DNA of 63,738 nt, filler included, from Reclinomonas americana ATCC 50394 (lineage: Eukaryota): the NCBI GenBank assembly GCA_048213135.1. It is 8 parts of 5 records of this genome, joined end to end, with 100 filler letters (N's around TTAATTAATTAA, not from the genome) between each part and the next. Parts side by side here need not be neighbours in the genome. Positions count along the whole stretch, not along the records: positions 18,270 to 26,474 come from PS015222.1; positions 26,575 to 38,381 come from PS015222.1; positions 38,482 to 49,142 come from PS015223.1; 5 more parts are not named here. One strand, given 5' to 3'. The notes under the pieces are model-generated. The model ran no database searches and was not told the DNA's origin. It saw only the letters and a list, made by a program, of their open reading frames with translations. This document shows, one piece after another, positions 24,201-38,522 of the stretch. The first letter of the stretch is position 1, and each line of letters starts with the position of its first letter. A program made the translations under genes and the position numbers.

Positions 24201-26474
24201 TGTCGATGCCGCTGGAGAGCACCACGCAGACGACGGGAAACAAGACTCTGTCGCCACCAACTGGAGCTAGCTCGTTCTCCAGTCGCCGTCCATCCAACCA
24301 GAGCAACACTCGCTTGCCGCAGGTGCGCTGTGCGCATACTCAGTCGATTATTGCGTGTTTCTCATTTGATTTCTGTGTTCAGGCACCTCGCCCACCGCGA
24401 AGCAGTCTCAATGCGGACGCGGGTGACGGAAGACCACCGCTCACCATCAACACCTCACCGGCTGTGCTGGATGCCATTGCAAACGGTGGCGGTGCGAGCA
24501 CCCCGTCACCTGGGCCGCCACCCAGCGGCTTGCCGCCGACTGGCGGCCGTCGCAGCACTACGTCGCCGCTGCAGGCAGCCTCGGGATTCACCGCTGGTCC
24601 AAGTGGCGCAACGTCGCCCAAAGCCTCGTCACCCACTCCACCCACGTCACCGAATCAGTCACCGCGCGCGCCACGACCGGCGCACGTCCTCGGCAACTCG
24701 CTTTCCATGCCTCCTCTGTCGGCACCAGCAGCACCCGTGCCACCACCACCTGCTTCCGCTTCGGCGGCCTCCGCGGATGTGGTCATGGAGACGACGATTC
24801 GCACACCAACCGGCGTGGTGCCAAAGGTCCCTTCGCCACCGCCCTACGAGTCACGTGACCCGTACAAGAATCCTCGTCGCGCCCCGTCGTCGCCATCGCC
24901 CCCAAAACCGTCCATCGCCACGTCGGCTTCCGAGCCGACATTGCTGCCTCGTCCGGCGCGTAATATCGACGCCGACGAGGATGACCTGTTGCAGGAGGTA
25001 GTGGAGGTAGACGAAGACGACGACGGTGAGGACGAGTACGGCGACCTGTACGACCAGGGCGAGCAGCGAGACATTCCGCTGTCCAACCCAGGATCACGCG
25101 CTGCACCGCCACCGCACCGTGCTGCACCCGCCGCGCCCACCTCGGTACGTTAGCGTCCTTGTCTGCCGATAACCCTTCTGGACGCTGACGTGTATCTGTT
25201 CGTTTTGTCATGCATAGCCTGGCCAGCGCAGTGCCCATGCACGCAGTCGCAGTTACGAGCCGGTGTCATCAGCAGTCGCCGCCAAGGGTACTCGCGGAAG
25301 TGAGACGGAGGAGGCGGCCGCTCGTCGCGTGCCACGAACGTCGGCGAATTCGCCATCGGGCGAGCAGACGTCGGGCACGGCGGCGTCCGTGGCTTCTAAC
25401 GCAGGTCACTCTGCCGCGGATCCCGCGTCACAAGCGCCGTCGGCGCCACAGCCACCGCTTCCGCCTTCGAATTCGTCATCAGCGGCAAACCATCGCCACG
25501 GTGCGTAATTGCAAGCGGTAATCCGAAGTGACTCTCTTGACTGACATGTGCGGGGGCGATGCAGAGCACGGGCGGCATGCTACCGTGGATGTCCCGCCAT
25601 CTTTTGTTGCTGGCGTCGACAGTGGCAAGTCGCGAATCAAGCCGGAAGCGCTGCCGCGCGTGTTGGCTGTACAGNNNNNNNNNNNNNNNNNNNNNNNNNN
25701 NNNNNNNNNNNNNNNNNNNNNNNNNNNNNNNNNNNNNNNNNNNNNNNNNNNNNNNNNNNNNNNNNNNNNNNNNNNNNNNNNNNNNNNNNNNNNNNNNNNN
25801 NNNNNNNNNNNNNNNNNNNNNNNNNNNNNNNNNNNNNNNNNNNNNNNNNNNNNNNNNNNNNNNNNNNNNNNNNNNNNNNNNNNNNNNNNNNNNNNNNNNN
25901 NNNNNNNNNNNNNNNNNNNNNNNNNNNNNNNNNNNNNNNNNNNNNNNNNNNNNNNNNNCTTCCTGGACTGGGCACGCTCGTGTGCGACTCGCGTGTCGTC
26001 CACCGGCGGCGTTCACATGTCCTCGCCGCCGACGTCAACGGCTTCCAACGCGAATCATCCACCACCGTCGGCATCGTCCCCCGACCAGGACGAGCGCTCG
26101 AGTCTGAGTCCGCGCACGCCAGGACCCGAGCCACCACCTGGTCCGCGACCGGGTGGACGGCCTGCACCCCAGCGCCCCAACTTTGAGCCGCGGCATCCAC
26201 TGCCCAAGCGTGAGACACGACAGCAACCGCGCCACCCAAATCGCTTTGCATCTCAGGGTCCGCCCGCGTTTGGTGCGTTGTGCCGCCACCCATCCCTTCT
26301 CTTTCGCGATGACTATCCGACTCATCATCGTTTTCTCTCTGCAGTGTCGCCGCCGACGCAGGTGCCACGTTTCGCTTCCCATGCCAATGTTGGTGGCAGT
26401 GGCGCTGGTGGGTCGTCGTCGACCACTGCGACATCATCGACGACAACTGGCCACGGCAGCCGGCGCAACCTGAA
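21274..26474 (+). CDS. Large uncharacterised protein with helical N-terminal domain and very long Ser/Pro-rich disordered region; 3' end in gap
   Basis: Chain of in-frame exons with GT-AG introns and long ORF 22853-25153. No family recognised. Confidence 0.6.
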
Positions 26475-26918
26475 NNNNNNNNNNNNNNNNNNNNNNNNNN
26501 NNNNNNNNNNNNNNNNNNTTAATTAATTAANNNNNNNNNNNNNNNNNNNNNNNNNNNNNNNNNNNNNNNNNNNNTGTGTGGGCCTGTACGAAAACGATAT
26601 GTGTATTGTAATAGTAATCTCTCTCTTCTCTTTCTCTCTCTCTCTCGATCTCTGTGTTTGATTTTTGTTGTTGTTGTACTACCGATTTTTTGTACTGTTG
26701 TTGAACCTGTTTATTCCCTGTTGTGGTTCTCTGTTCTCCCTATGTTGTGTGTAGTGTGGGTAGCCGCGCGTGCAGACTCATGCGCGTGCATCCTCGTTGA
26801 ATTCCTAACAAGTGTAGATACAGTTATTATGGGGTTGTGGAAATAGCACATTGTGAGGCCAACGGATTCATTGCTACGCGACATTGTAAAGGCGACGCTG
26901 GAGCCTCACCCCCCCTCG

Positions 26919-28462
26919 TCACATTCCTTGTGCATTGGAGGCTTTCCGGAGCTCGTCGATCAGCATGCGCAGCTTGTCGCGCAAGACGCCAATGGCACGC
27001 ACTACAATATCGGCGGCCGGATGGGCGCCGGTGCTCTCCACACTGAACAGGAAATTGTGCCCGCCCTGATCGCCTGCCTGCTGCCGCACACTGACCAAGT
27101 CGCGCACATTCAGCTTTTCGCTGGCATACGTCGTGCATTCACCGCAGAACATGCACTCGTCAGGCGCGCCCACCACGACCTGCGGAGAGCACGAACACAA
27201 GCGGGTGGGTCGCGAGAGGTAGAGAGAGAGACGCGGTGGCTGCAGGATTCACCTGCTGCGATGCCTCGTCGAACTCGAACACATTCGCGGGACATGTGGC
27301 GGCCAGCTCTCGCCTCTTCTCCGGATCTATTTGACGACAGCGTTCCACATTCAACTCGACTTCTGGCAAAAACTTGTACACGGCCACACACACTGGTGAC
27401 CACTTGGCGTGCTGTTGTCCATCGACAGGCAAGATGGGGTGAGCCGACGAGGCGACTGCGAATAGCAAAAGCAAAAAACGGAAGTCGAACCTGCTTGCCG
27501 GTGCCCTTGACAGCAATGGCGCGCAGCTTCAGCTTTTGACCCGATCGCAGCTTCATGATGAGAATACCCGGTGCTTCGCCCGCATACAACGACGACTCCT
27601 CCATGCTCATCATGCTCGCCGACGCCGGCGTTGCTGGCGGGTGCATCTGACACAACGCGCGAGGTGGCGTGAGCACACACACACACACACACACAGACTG
27701 CTTCGCGAGTGGTGCACGAAGAATCACTCAACTCTACTCAGCGCCTTTTGCACACCGGCATCGGTGATGCGCGCAGGCAGTACGCTCTCGTGATCCGACA
27801 CCAGATGGAACGCGGTGACGTCTTGCCTCTCCCCAGTGCACTTGACAGACAACTCAAACATGACTGCACACTGCGAGCAGAACGAGTCGCACGAGCACTC
27901 TTCACGCATGTTGAAGCGATCCACATCCACGCTGACGAGGGGAATGAGCGCCAGTCGATGCGCGATGAACTCCTGCATGCACGAGTGAGCAGAGAAGGCA
28001 CAGAGACATCGCCTCACTCTTGTATGTGTTGTGTGTGTTTCTTGTCTCTCAATGCACTCAACATCATGCAATGCCGACGAGTTCTTCTCCACTTCCACAA
28101 ACTCAATGGCCATTGTGGGCACATTGGCAATCATGCTTCTTCTCAGTGAGTTGGCCACCTGTGTGCATGCAAGAGCGTGAGAGTGTGAGGGAGAGTGACA
28201 AGTGACAAGTGACACGCGCGCGAACCGATGTATCCACACTGCGCATGTAGAACTGACACAAGTCGTCTGACTTTTTGACAATCTGCATGCAACACGCGGA
28301 CACACATACAGAGCGTGTGAGTGAGTGTGAGAGAGTGAGCAAGGGTTCAGTGCACACTGGACATGTCCACTCGTGCACCTCAATGCGTCCCTCTGACATT
28401 CGCATGCTGCTGTCTTGCATGTGGCCCATGTCGCCATCAAACGAATACCCACCGTACGCCAT
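26919..28462 (-). CDS. RPB3: RNA polymerase II subunit RPB3
   Basis: [84 protein letters not shown]. Confidence 0.92.
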
Positions 28463-28652
28463 CTCTCCCTCTCTCTCACACACAACACAAACAGAAAACA
28501 AAGCAAATTTCCAATTGCACCAACTTTTTCATTGTGTTTTTGTACACCTCCTCAGCAACCTCCAACAAACAAACAAAACAAAGCACCTCGGTCCGGCAGG
28601 CAGAAACAAAAAAAAAGACCGCCTTCTCTCTTTTTCTCTCTCTCTCTCTCCC

Positions 28653-30394
28653 TTATTCCGTGGACATCTTGTTGTCGAAGCTGCTTAGGGCGAGACCAAA
28701 GGCTTGCAGCGGCGAGAACGGGTGCGTAAAGTCGAGCGAGAAGGTGCTGGCGGAGACCTTGCCGAATTGCAGCAACACCGTGGACGCTGGTGCGATGATC
28801 AGCTCACTCGTGAGTGCAGAAACAAACGGAAGGGCGAGGAGCATGTATGGGTGAGTGCACGCACGGTTGTCTTCCTCCGCCAACTGGAAGTTCTTGACCG
28901 AGGCCATTTGCACGCGGCCGCCAAAGTTGAGCACGAAGGCCTTGAGCTCTACGCACACCCATCCCCGTGAGGCGAAGGAGGTGAAGAAGTGTAGCAGAGA
29001 GAGACGCACGTTCGTTCCATACTGGCTGCTTGTTCTTCAACACCAGCAGACGCTCCAGCGCTCTGCCTCCGCGCTTGTACACCTCCGACATGGAGTCATC
29101 GTCGCCCTGCGGTCGCACTGCCATGGTGTGTCCAGTGGCGGGATCCGCATCCGGCACCACCACCACCATCTTGCGCGGACCACCCTTGCCGAGCAAATTC
29201 GGTTCGTAGATGCACACGGCCAGCTCGCGTCGCGCCGTCTCCCCAGCCTTCAGTGCCTCCGTCGGATTCGCTCCATCGTCGTACACGCGGAACACGGAGC
29301 CAGTGTTGTCGGCACGCAGCTTGCCAACAAAGTCATCGCCCTTGCGTGACGGCGTCTCCGACAACGAAATGACGTAGTTGGGAGTGCGCTTGCCACTGCG
29401 GCGCTTGGCTGCCAGCAGGAACTCGTTGTTCTCCTCAATGTACAGGAAATACTTGGGCGCGAGACGCGAGAGACCACCATTGTCGCGGCGAATGTAGCAC
29501 AGCAGACGCTTGCCGCGCGGCAGCGGCTGGCCGACAAGCCGCGTCAGCACAACACACAAGCGTCAACCGCAGAAGAGCCACTGTACCTTTAGCATAAACT
29601 CCTTCTTGTCCACCGNNNNNNNNNNNNNNNNNNNNAACAGCTGCCGCAGGCGATATGTCTCCGCGGTGTTCGGCTCGGCCGAGTCGGCATTGGCGGCCAC
29701 GATACGCGAGTGCAACCCTGCACCTCCCGAGCCCGAAGCCGCGCCACTTGCTGTCCGCGGACGACCTCCAGCCGCAGCCACTGCCGCTGTTTGCCGCGCA
29801 CCCAGTGTCGACGAAGCTCCCACTCCACTGCCACTGCCGCCCATCTCTGCGGGCGATGAGCTGTTGCGTCCAAACACCGCGTCCCCCGAGGCATCTGACG
29901 TTGGTGTCGTGGCCGTCACACTGTGTCCGCGCGAGTGTGAGAATGCGTGTGAGAGATGTGCGAGCGCCTGTGTTGCTCACCCGCTGCCCACTGAGGAACC
30001 ACCAGCAGACATGGGTCTCCGCGGGAACTCGCCGAGACTTGATCGAACACCCGCTGACCTTGCAACACCTTTCACACACGCGCGCACACAAAGAGGTGAG
30101 CATTCTCCCTCTCTCTGTGGAACACACAATGCGCATTGTGGGGGCACACCTCCACGGCCTCTCATGGCTTGTTGCTTGAGTTTCTCGCGGCGAGTGGCCA
30201 GCATATCAGACGACCCAGAGGCCTGTGTGTGTGAGAGAGAGTGAGTGAGTGAGTGAGTGAGTGAGGAAGACTGTGTACAAGTGTTCTTTCTCATTCGCAC
30301 ATACCGATGAGGAGCTGCCTGGGCGATCGTCGAAAAACATCGCTTGTGAGTTGGCTTGCGAACGAAACTGTCCGTTACTCTTTCGAGAGGACAT
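28653..30394 (-). CDS. Tubby-like protein
   Basis: LLCYIRRD, FLLAAKRR, NYVIS, GPRKM, LKNKQPVWNE, LNFGGRVQMASVKNFQL, LQFGKV, FTHPFSPLQAFGLALSSFDNK. Start codon uncertain (30394 or 30340). Confidence 0.9.
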
Positions 30395-30597
30395 CGCTTG
30401 ACGACAGTTTGTTTTGTGCGCGCGATGCGAGAAGCCTCTTCGCACTCTTCTGTGCTACCTTCATGCACGCTGTGCTGACTGCTCGTTTTTTTCGCGCAAC
30501 AAGGAACGTCGTGCGCGCGAAAAGTCACTCGACGTCGACGTCACTCCATCGGAGTCAAAACTTTCTCCTTGTGTGTTCTTTGAGTGTGTGTGTGTGA

Positions 30598-32009
30598 ATG
30601 GCCTCTCGCCCCGCTATCGTGGTCATTGGTGCTGGACTTGCCGGCCTCACAGTTACGCCCAGTCACTTGTCTCTCTTTCTTGCTTACTTGTCCTCATACT
30701 ATGACAACAATAAGGCCGCTCGTTCTCTTGTTGGTCGTCTGCACCCGGCCTCTGCCCCGCCCATCATTGTGCTCGACAAGGGCGTGTCTGTGGGCGGGCG
30801 ACTGGCCACACGCAGAGTGGGCGAAGGCGATGCAATGATCCGGTCTGCTCGAGAAGAGTTTCACAGACAGCAGCAGCATGCACTCACTCTCTTTCTCTCT
30901 CTCTCTCATATCGCGTATAGTGTCGACCATGGAGCGCAGTTCTTCACTGCACGCAGTGGTGCATTCACTGCGTTTGTGCTGGGCGAGCTGATGCCAGCGG
31001 GCGTGGCTGCAGAGTGGTGCCGCGGATTCTCTCCCGAGGTCAGTCGCTCACTCTCCCTGCCTCTCACACTGACAAGCACAGACACTCACATACACGCACA
31101 GAAGGACGGCTATCCGCGGTACTCGTGTCCGGCGGGCATGAACTCGCTGGCCAAGTACCAGGCGGCGCAAGTGAAAGAGCCCGCGGTGTCGATTCGTACC
31201 TCGTTTCGTGTGACTAGCGTGCGACCGGATGCACAGGAGCTGCTGGTGATTGGCGACGATGACAAGTCGGGCGAGCGGGATATTGTGTATCGTGCGGCGG
31301 CGGTGGTGCTCACCAGTCCAGTGCGTCGCATCGCTACCTGCTGGAAGTTGTCTTGTCCCTCCTCACCCACCTCAATGTCCAGGTTCCGCAATCGCTGGCC
31401 ATGCTGCGTCTCGTCGATCAGTCGTACGCGGTGCAGTCGTTGCCGGCGGCCGACTTGTCACGTGTGTCGTACTTCCCCACGCTGGCGCTGCTGGTGGTTC
31501 TCAAGCCGGGCGCACGCTCGCTGCTCGGTGCGCCGGGCGGCCGTCAGCTGGCCGAGTCGGAGAATGCACTGGTGTCGTGGATCGCCGAGAATAATGCCAA
31601 GCCGGGAATGGCCAGCTCCGAGGATGCGCCGGTTGCGCTCACTGTGCACGCCCGGCCGGCGTGGTCGCAGGCTCACTACGGCGACTCGGATGATGTGGTG
31701 CGCGAAGCGCTCCTGCAGGCCGTGCTGCCGTTCTTGCCCGAGGCGTCGACCGAGCAGGTGGCCGAGGCGCAGGTGAAGCGGTGGCGCTACGCCATTCCGG
31801 ACACTGTGTGGCCGGAGGCGTGTCTGCTGGTGCGTGACACGGACACGTCGGCACCATTGGTGCTTGCCGGCGATGCGTTTGCCGGACCGCGTGTGGAGGG
31901 CGCGTGGCTGTCGGGCCGTGCCGCTGCCAAGGCTCTCCTGGACACTGGACTGTTTGAGCGGCGCCGTGAGGACGACGGCGACGATGATGATGGCGGCGAC
32001 GACAGATAG
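30598..32009 (+). CDS. Renalase-like FAD/NAD(P)-dependent oxidoreductase
   Basis: IVVIGAGLAGLTAAR, LDKGVSVGGRLATRR, DHGAQFFTAR, GMNSLAK, KRWRYAIP, AGDAFAGPRVEGAWLSG. Confidence 0.88.
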
Positions 32010-32047
32010 ATGAAGCCACTGCATTTGTGTGCTCTTAAAATATTTTA

Positions 32048-35000
32048 TCACAGTTTCAAAGGATGATCGTGCGTCTCCGTAAATGTCTCGCTCTCCGGCT
32101 CGTCGTCGGCCTGCATCGACAATGTTCGGTGCGGTATCCGCTTCGGGCGCTGCGCGCTCCTGCGTGGTCTCGGCTCGCCCACAGTATCGGTCTCGATCGA
32201 CGCCGCCGAAGTTGGCACCGTCGTCGACGACGCTGCTCCGTCGAGAGTGGCAACAGACGCCGCCACCAACTCGCTGGCACTTCTCGCCATCTCGGCGTTT
32301 GCCGCCGCGGCTGACGCTCTGCCGGACGCGCGTGGTGGCGACCGAGCTTCTCCGCCGTCTGGCACCGGAACCGACGCCGAGTGCCGCTGGCGCATGCGTC
32401 GATTTGCCTCGTCGTCGCCAAACCGGTCGACCGTCGGCGGCACGTCATCAGCAAGATCGCCGTCCTCCGACTCCTCCTGCTGCTGCTGCTGCAGTTGCTG
32501 CTGCTCGTCGTCATCGACTGCCTCCAGATCCTCACTGCCGCCCTCCATGTCGTCGGCCTCCGACGAGAGCACCGACGAGGTGGCTGAGCCGGTGACCGAC
32601 CCCGCCGACGTTGCTGACGAGGCCGACACAGAGGACGACGATCGCCGACGGTTCTGTGGTGGCGACACGCCCTCCACGCCCCACTTCCACAAATCACCCA
32701 CACGAGACGAGCTTGCCTCGCGGTGCAGCGCCTGTGCGCGAAAAAGGAAGAAGAGTCAGCCACACACATCTCTCTCACTTCCTGCAAGCACGCGCGGAAA
32801 CGCAACTGCCTGCTCGCCCTGCGAACTCGTTCGCGACGCTCCACTGCTGTCCGTGTCGGGCAGCGGATTGTCGCCGCCGGTGCCAGACTCGCGGAACGAG
32901 CCAAACAGATCCACCTCCGAACCCTCAAAGAGCCTGGTATGGTCACCCAAGTCAGCGACTAACAATGAGATCGAGAGGAGAAAGCAACGCACCCCAGACC
33001 ACCGCGATCACTCGACGCGGTGCGCAGGAGATCCTGGACGCGTGAACTGTGCGCCTTCTCTGCATGTGACGACAGTGACTCGTCCATGCCGGCCTCCAGC
33101 TTCTCCGGCGTCAGCTCGCTAATGTAAGTGATGGCAACTGTGTGTGTCACGGAGAGGTGAGCGAGCGCGCACACGCAGGCAATGGGAGAGACGCTGCACA
33201 GAGCACGCACACTCAAAGCAGGTCAAGTAGTAGTCGGCCTGCGCCGTCTTGCGGCCGTCGTAAAAGTCACGCAGGAACTTCAGATGTGCAAACGGGCTCC
33301 ACATGTCGGCATGCACGCAGACAAAGACCAGCGCCGGCATAAAGTCATCGGCCGACACCACCACGCCGCGCCACCCGTACAGCAGCTCAAAAATACTCTG
33401 CGAGGCCCACATGATGCAGCGCAGTTTGTCCGTCGGCGCCTCCATAATGTCGAATTGCGACAGGAACCGAATGGGCTCGCCCAGCAGCAGACTCGGGTCG
33501 TCGGGGAAGCCACCGAGCAACTGCACGATAAGCGATGGGCGTCAGCGGGACGGAAACAGTGAACGGACACAATTCAAGATTGCCCGCACACACACACCTT
33601 TTCTGTGACACCGAGTGCGCTTGGCGGCAGCGAGCGGAGCCAGTCCATTCGCTCCGAGTACGCCGTGTCGCTCTCCAACATTTCCTCAAGCGACGACCGC
33701 AAGTAGTACTTGGCACAGGACGCGAGCACCACACGCTCAATCAACAACTGGCACAGCAATCTGTGGCGCCCCCAGGCGCGTGAGCACTCCGGGCACGATA
33801 CTCAAAACACCGGAAAGCGCATGCACTCACTCACCGCACAGAGACAATAAAGTCCTTGGTGGTGAGCACATTGTTGGCGGCGCGAGTCAGGCCGCCGCCC
33901 AGCGATCGGCGGAATGCGCCCTGCCGTGTCCACTGCTTGCCCGAGCCACGGCGCATTGCCTTGGAGAGACCGCTGGCCGACATGGACACGCCACGTTGCA
34001 AACGAGCCGACGCCGACGCCACCGATCCCACAGACGACGACGACGACGACATCAACGAGGAGGACGACGACATGAGACGCGAGCCAGATGAAAACAAATC
34101 TCCCGACGCGAGAAGTGTGGTCTCCGTAAAGTGCCCGCCCTCCTCTCCCTCGGCCTGCGACGTGGGCGACAGCACATGCTCCGGGGTATCCGGGTGATCA
34201 AAGGCTCCCGCCGGATCCGCCGACGACACGTGACCAACGACCGACGACGACGACATGCTAATGCTGTCGCTGTCGACACTCTCCACCCCGTCGTCACTCA
34301 GTGTTTTGCGATACCACTGTGGCGAGAAGCGGGAAGTGTAAGGAGCGCGCCAAGCACGGAAAGAAAGAAACTGCTGACCGCAGACGTACCCGACGATCCG
34401 TGGCCATTGGTGAATAAACGCCAAGTTCGAGCACACGATCATCTTCCGGCGGCTGACACGCCGTCATGGCCGGCGGTTCGCCTTGCCTGGAGAGCAGGAC
34501 AAGCTGCGTATTGCCGCTCATCGGCAGCACCTCTTCTGGCAGCCCGTGCATGTCAATCAGCCACTCCACAAAGCCCTGCGTGGAGTACACAAAAATGACG
34601 GTGAGGCCAGCCCATTCCCGACGTCAGCACACAGCTGCAAGGCGACGCACCTCCACGCCGTCCATAATGGCGGGCGGCTCGAATCGCGACGCATTCTGGC
34701 AAATCGTGTGAATCATTGTCGACAGTGATTCGCCTGCGAGTCACCACCCCTCCACATGTCAGCAACAGTTTGGCGACAAAGCACTCGCTGCCGCAACGCG
34801 CCGCACCATGATTGACACGCGGATCACCAAACAGCTGCCGGGCCTCTGCCGTGATTTCATCGTTCCAAGTAATGGTGATCGGCACTCCCTGCTTGTAGTC
34901 ATTCGGTATGCGCATGTGTCTCAGCAGCGTGATCAAGTACTGCTTGAAGTCGTTGCCGGAGAGTGGTGATCTGTCGACGAACTCGCGAAAGGCTCGCTCC

Positions 35001-37192
35001 GCAACCTTGACCGACTCACTCAACCGCTGCACAAACACGCACACAGGGAGTGAGCGATCTCATATCAAACACCTCTCCAAAAAAATCGACGATCCGTACC
35101 TTGGCGTTCGTAAACATGACCGATGTGGACGGATCACTGTGTAGCAGTGACCGCGGAGACACGAAGAAATCGTCGCCAAAGACGGGTAGAAAATCGGGGC
35201 AGTAGACGGCGCGCTGCGTCATGGCAAACTGCTTGCCAACACGCAGCACCCAGCGCTCCTCCAGCTCTATATCCAGGTCCAGCACCACTCGCCTCTTGTA
35301 CGCAATGGTTCGATACCTGGAGCACACACACACAAACACGTGGTCGGTGAGCACGTTGCATCGCGGATTTTTTCCCACTGCGTGCACTCACCATCGCATC
35401 GCTCGAAACATGCAACGCCGCCGCAGCTTCTTCATCTCTGACAGAATCTCGTTCTGCAGCTTGGCGCGACGCCGATCGGCGGGCCACTCAAACATCTGCT
35501 GCTTCCGAGTATTCAACCAGTCCTTCAGTGTGAAATAGTACTTTTCCAGCTTGCGACGCATCTGCCAGTCGGGGGGAAGTGAGTGCTCCTCTTCCCATGT
35601 CACCTCCCACAGCCGTGCGACTGGACTCACCTCGGCCAGCGTCTCGTCAGTGGCCACATAATCGGGCAACACTTCCGACTGTGACACCTGGATTGGCGCA
35701 CACACACACACAACACCATCAGCAACACAAAAAGTGTCAAGCGACTGGCTCTCCGTCACCACAAGCATGTGGAAACCCACATGGCGCAGATCGCGGTGCG
35801 CTCTCTGGTGGCAGTGTTGCACAAGAAGTTGGCCCCAGAACGATAAGGGTGCGTGTGACATCAACATCGTGGGACTGATCAGCCTCACACGTCGGCCACA
35901 CACACTTTCTCTTTCTCACGCAGACTCTCTTTCGCTGGCCCTCTCTCACTCTCTCTCCCTTTCCCCCACGATATCGGTCGACCCGCAAACGCGAGCACCC
36001 CGATCAACGATTCCCCAATCGCTCCTCTCACGGGAAAAACACATTCAGCGTCGAAACCGACCTGCATGTGCCCACGAATTTCTCACTGCCGCCCCTCCTC
36101 AAAAACAATCACCCACCTGTGACATGTCAGGATCAGGGGGTACGCCTCCAGTTCCCGTCCACAACCATTCCTCGCTGATGTGATTCTTCTGTACCGACTG
36201 TCAGCACACCGGACAAATGCGGACGACGACGACGACGACGACGAAAAAACAAACCAAAGGATCGACGCGACGTCGGCGCGTGGACTCCTCACTGTCGTCG
36301 CCCTCATCCGTTCCGTCCTCACCCTGCAGGCACGCATGAGCTTTGCCCGACAAAACACGGAGTGCTGACATCGAAACAAAACCTTCTTCTTCTTTCGTCG
36401 CCTCCGACTCTTGCTGGAGGCCGTGGAGGCCGAGCCGCGTGCCGACGGCGAATGACCGCCCACCAGCGCCGTCGATGGGATGAGTCGCATGACACCGTCG
36501 GGACCCGTCACAGCCACTGGCGACGACGATAGCGTGGCCGTCGAGCCGAGGCTGCCATGATGATGCGTCGGAACAGCATTGGCCGCGGCCGCGGCCGCCG
36601 ACAGCGGCGATTCGATATTCGGCGTTGAGCTTGAAATGGCAGCCACCAGGCCCGACGCACTCCCATCGAGTGCCGTCGTCGACCCACTGCCTTCGCCCGT
36701 GGCTCCCAGCGCACCGAGCAGCAGCTGCCCGACGCCAGTCGGCATGGACATGGAGACACGCGGTGGCGGCGGAGGTGGTGCTCCGTGCGTATTGGTCGAC
36801 GACAGCGACGATGCCGCCGTGGACGACATGGACGAGGTTGGCGACAGCGCCGGCGGAGAGGGCGGAGGATGAGACGCGGCCACAAACGACGCCGTGGGCG
36901 ACTGGAACGCGGCCACTGCAGCCGCAGCCGTAGGCGACAGCGCACCACTGGACGACGAGTACGTGGCCGATGCCGCCGCCGCTGCTGCAGCCGCTGCGGC
37001 CTTGCCCTTGCGCTCGGCCACCAGATCCAGCGACATGCGCAGTGCGGTGCGCCAGTCGTCTCCGCTCGCGTCTCCACTGTCGTCGTCGCCACCTCCTCCT
37101 CCTCCTCCGCCCACATCCGTGGCAGCAGTCGTGGAAACACCGTCGTCGCCTGTCAGCGCTAGCTGCAGTGGCGCGGCGTCTTGCACGCTCAT
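32048..37192 (-). CDS. Large VPS9-domain Rab5-family GEF
   Basis: PTDKLRCI...VSADDFMPALVFVCVHA...LKFLRDF...DYYLTCFE near 33130-33520; low-complexity termini. Assumed to be one gene. Confidence 0.75.
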
Positions 37193-37828
37193 GGTGCGTG
37201 ATGCGCGATGAACCTCTGTGTGTGTGTGTGTGTGTGTGGAGGAAGAGGGGAGAGAGATTGAGTGAACACGGCTGACGACACTCTCGGAGTTGGAGTGACG
37301 CTATATTGTTCGCGCACTTATCAAAGCGCGCGGTGGGGGAGACAGAGGAGCTGTTCGGGAATAAGAAAGAGAGATACCCGCACATGTGCACGTGCCCAGC
37401 AATGAAGCGATTGAGACAGAGAGAGAGAGCAAGCGCGTGAGGGAGAGATGGCCCATCCTTGTGTTCCGCACAAACAAACAGAAACGACACGCAGCGCCGT
37501 AAAGCCCCCCAATGCACACATAGGTACATCAAAGAAAGAGAGCCAGGCACGCATGCACACGCAGCTCACCTCGCACACACAAGTGCTTTTCCATCGGCCC
37601 ATTCCAGTCGACGGCCGTCCTCAATTTGCATAGCAGTCTGGTTTTCAATTTTCGTAAATTAATCCCGCGTCTCCGCGACGCTCTCACCCGTCGTTTTATT
37701 TACGCGCGAGAGAGAAGGAGAGTGAGTGAGCGAGCGACAGAGTCACCACTCAAGAGAGTCCCCTCTTCGTGCCACCAAAATTTCATCGTCGTTCAGCACA
37801 CGTGAAGAGACAAGAGGCACGCGTTGAT

Positions 37829-38381
37829 ATGAGCGGAACGAATGGCACAGGTGGAAGTGGCGCCGCTGCTGCCATGGGCACAGTGATGCAGATGATGCAG
37901 CAGGTGGTGATGATGATGGAGGTGGCGCCACCACCTGCGCCGGCGGCACCAAAGCCCAAGCCACCACCACCCGTCGGCTGCCAACAGGTGCGCGCTCTCC
38001 CTCTTATGCACAGTCGCATACACACAGACAGAGTCACTTAATGAGTGAGTGAGTGATCAGATCGATGTGGTGTCGGGAATCCTCTTTGCCGTGACGTTTG
38101 CGCACGCCATGCTCCTCATCGGCTACGACTTGTACTCGCTGTGGTGTGGACCGCGATCGGCGTGGAGAAAGAGGCGACAGGCTGCTGCGTCGACTCCGGG
38201 TGCGCCGGAGAGCACTGGTGGACCTCCGTTGCGATTCTGGACTCGTGCGTCGATCATTCGCGTGGGCGCGGCCGTGGAGAGCGCCTGTTGCGTGTGGGGC
38301 TCTCCTTGCTTGCTTGTTCGCTTCCCGCATGCGCCTCATTCTCTTTGCGGTCACAGTTGTCACCATCTGTGTCTTCCTGAA
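37829..38381 (+). CDS. 5' fragment of a probable membrane protein
   Basis: MSGTNGTG...GCQQ, intron, IDVVSGILFAVTFAHAMLLIGYDLY; runs into a gap. Confidence 0.45.
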
Positions 38382-38522
38382 NNNNNNNNNNNNNNNNNNN
38401 NNNNNNNNNNNNNNNNNNNNNNNNNTTAATTAATTAANNNNNNNNNNNNNNNNNNNNNNNNNNNNNNNNNNNNNNNNNNNNCCACCACCACCGCCGCCGC
38501 CGCCACCACCACGGCCAACACC

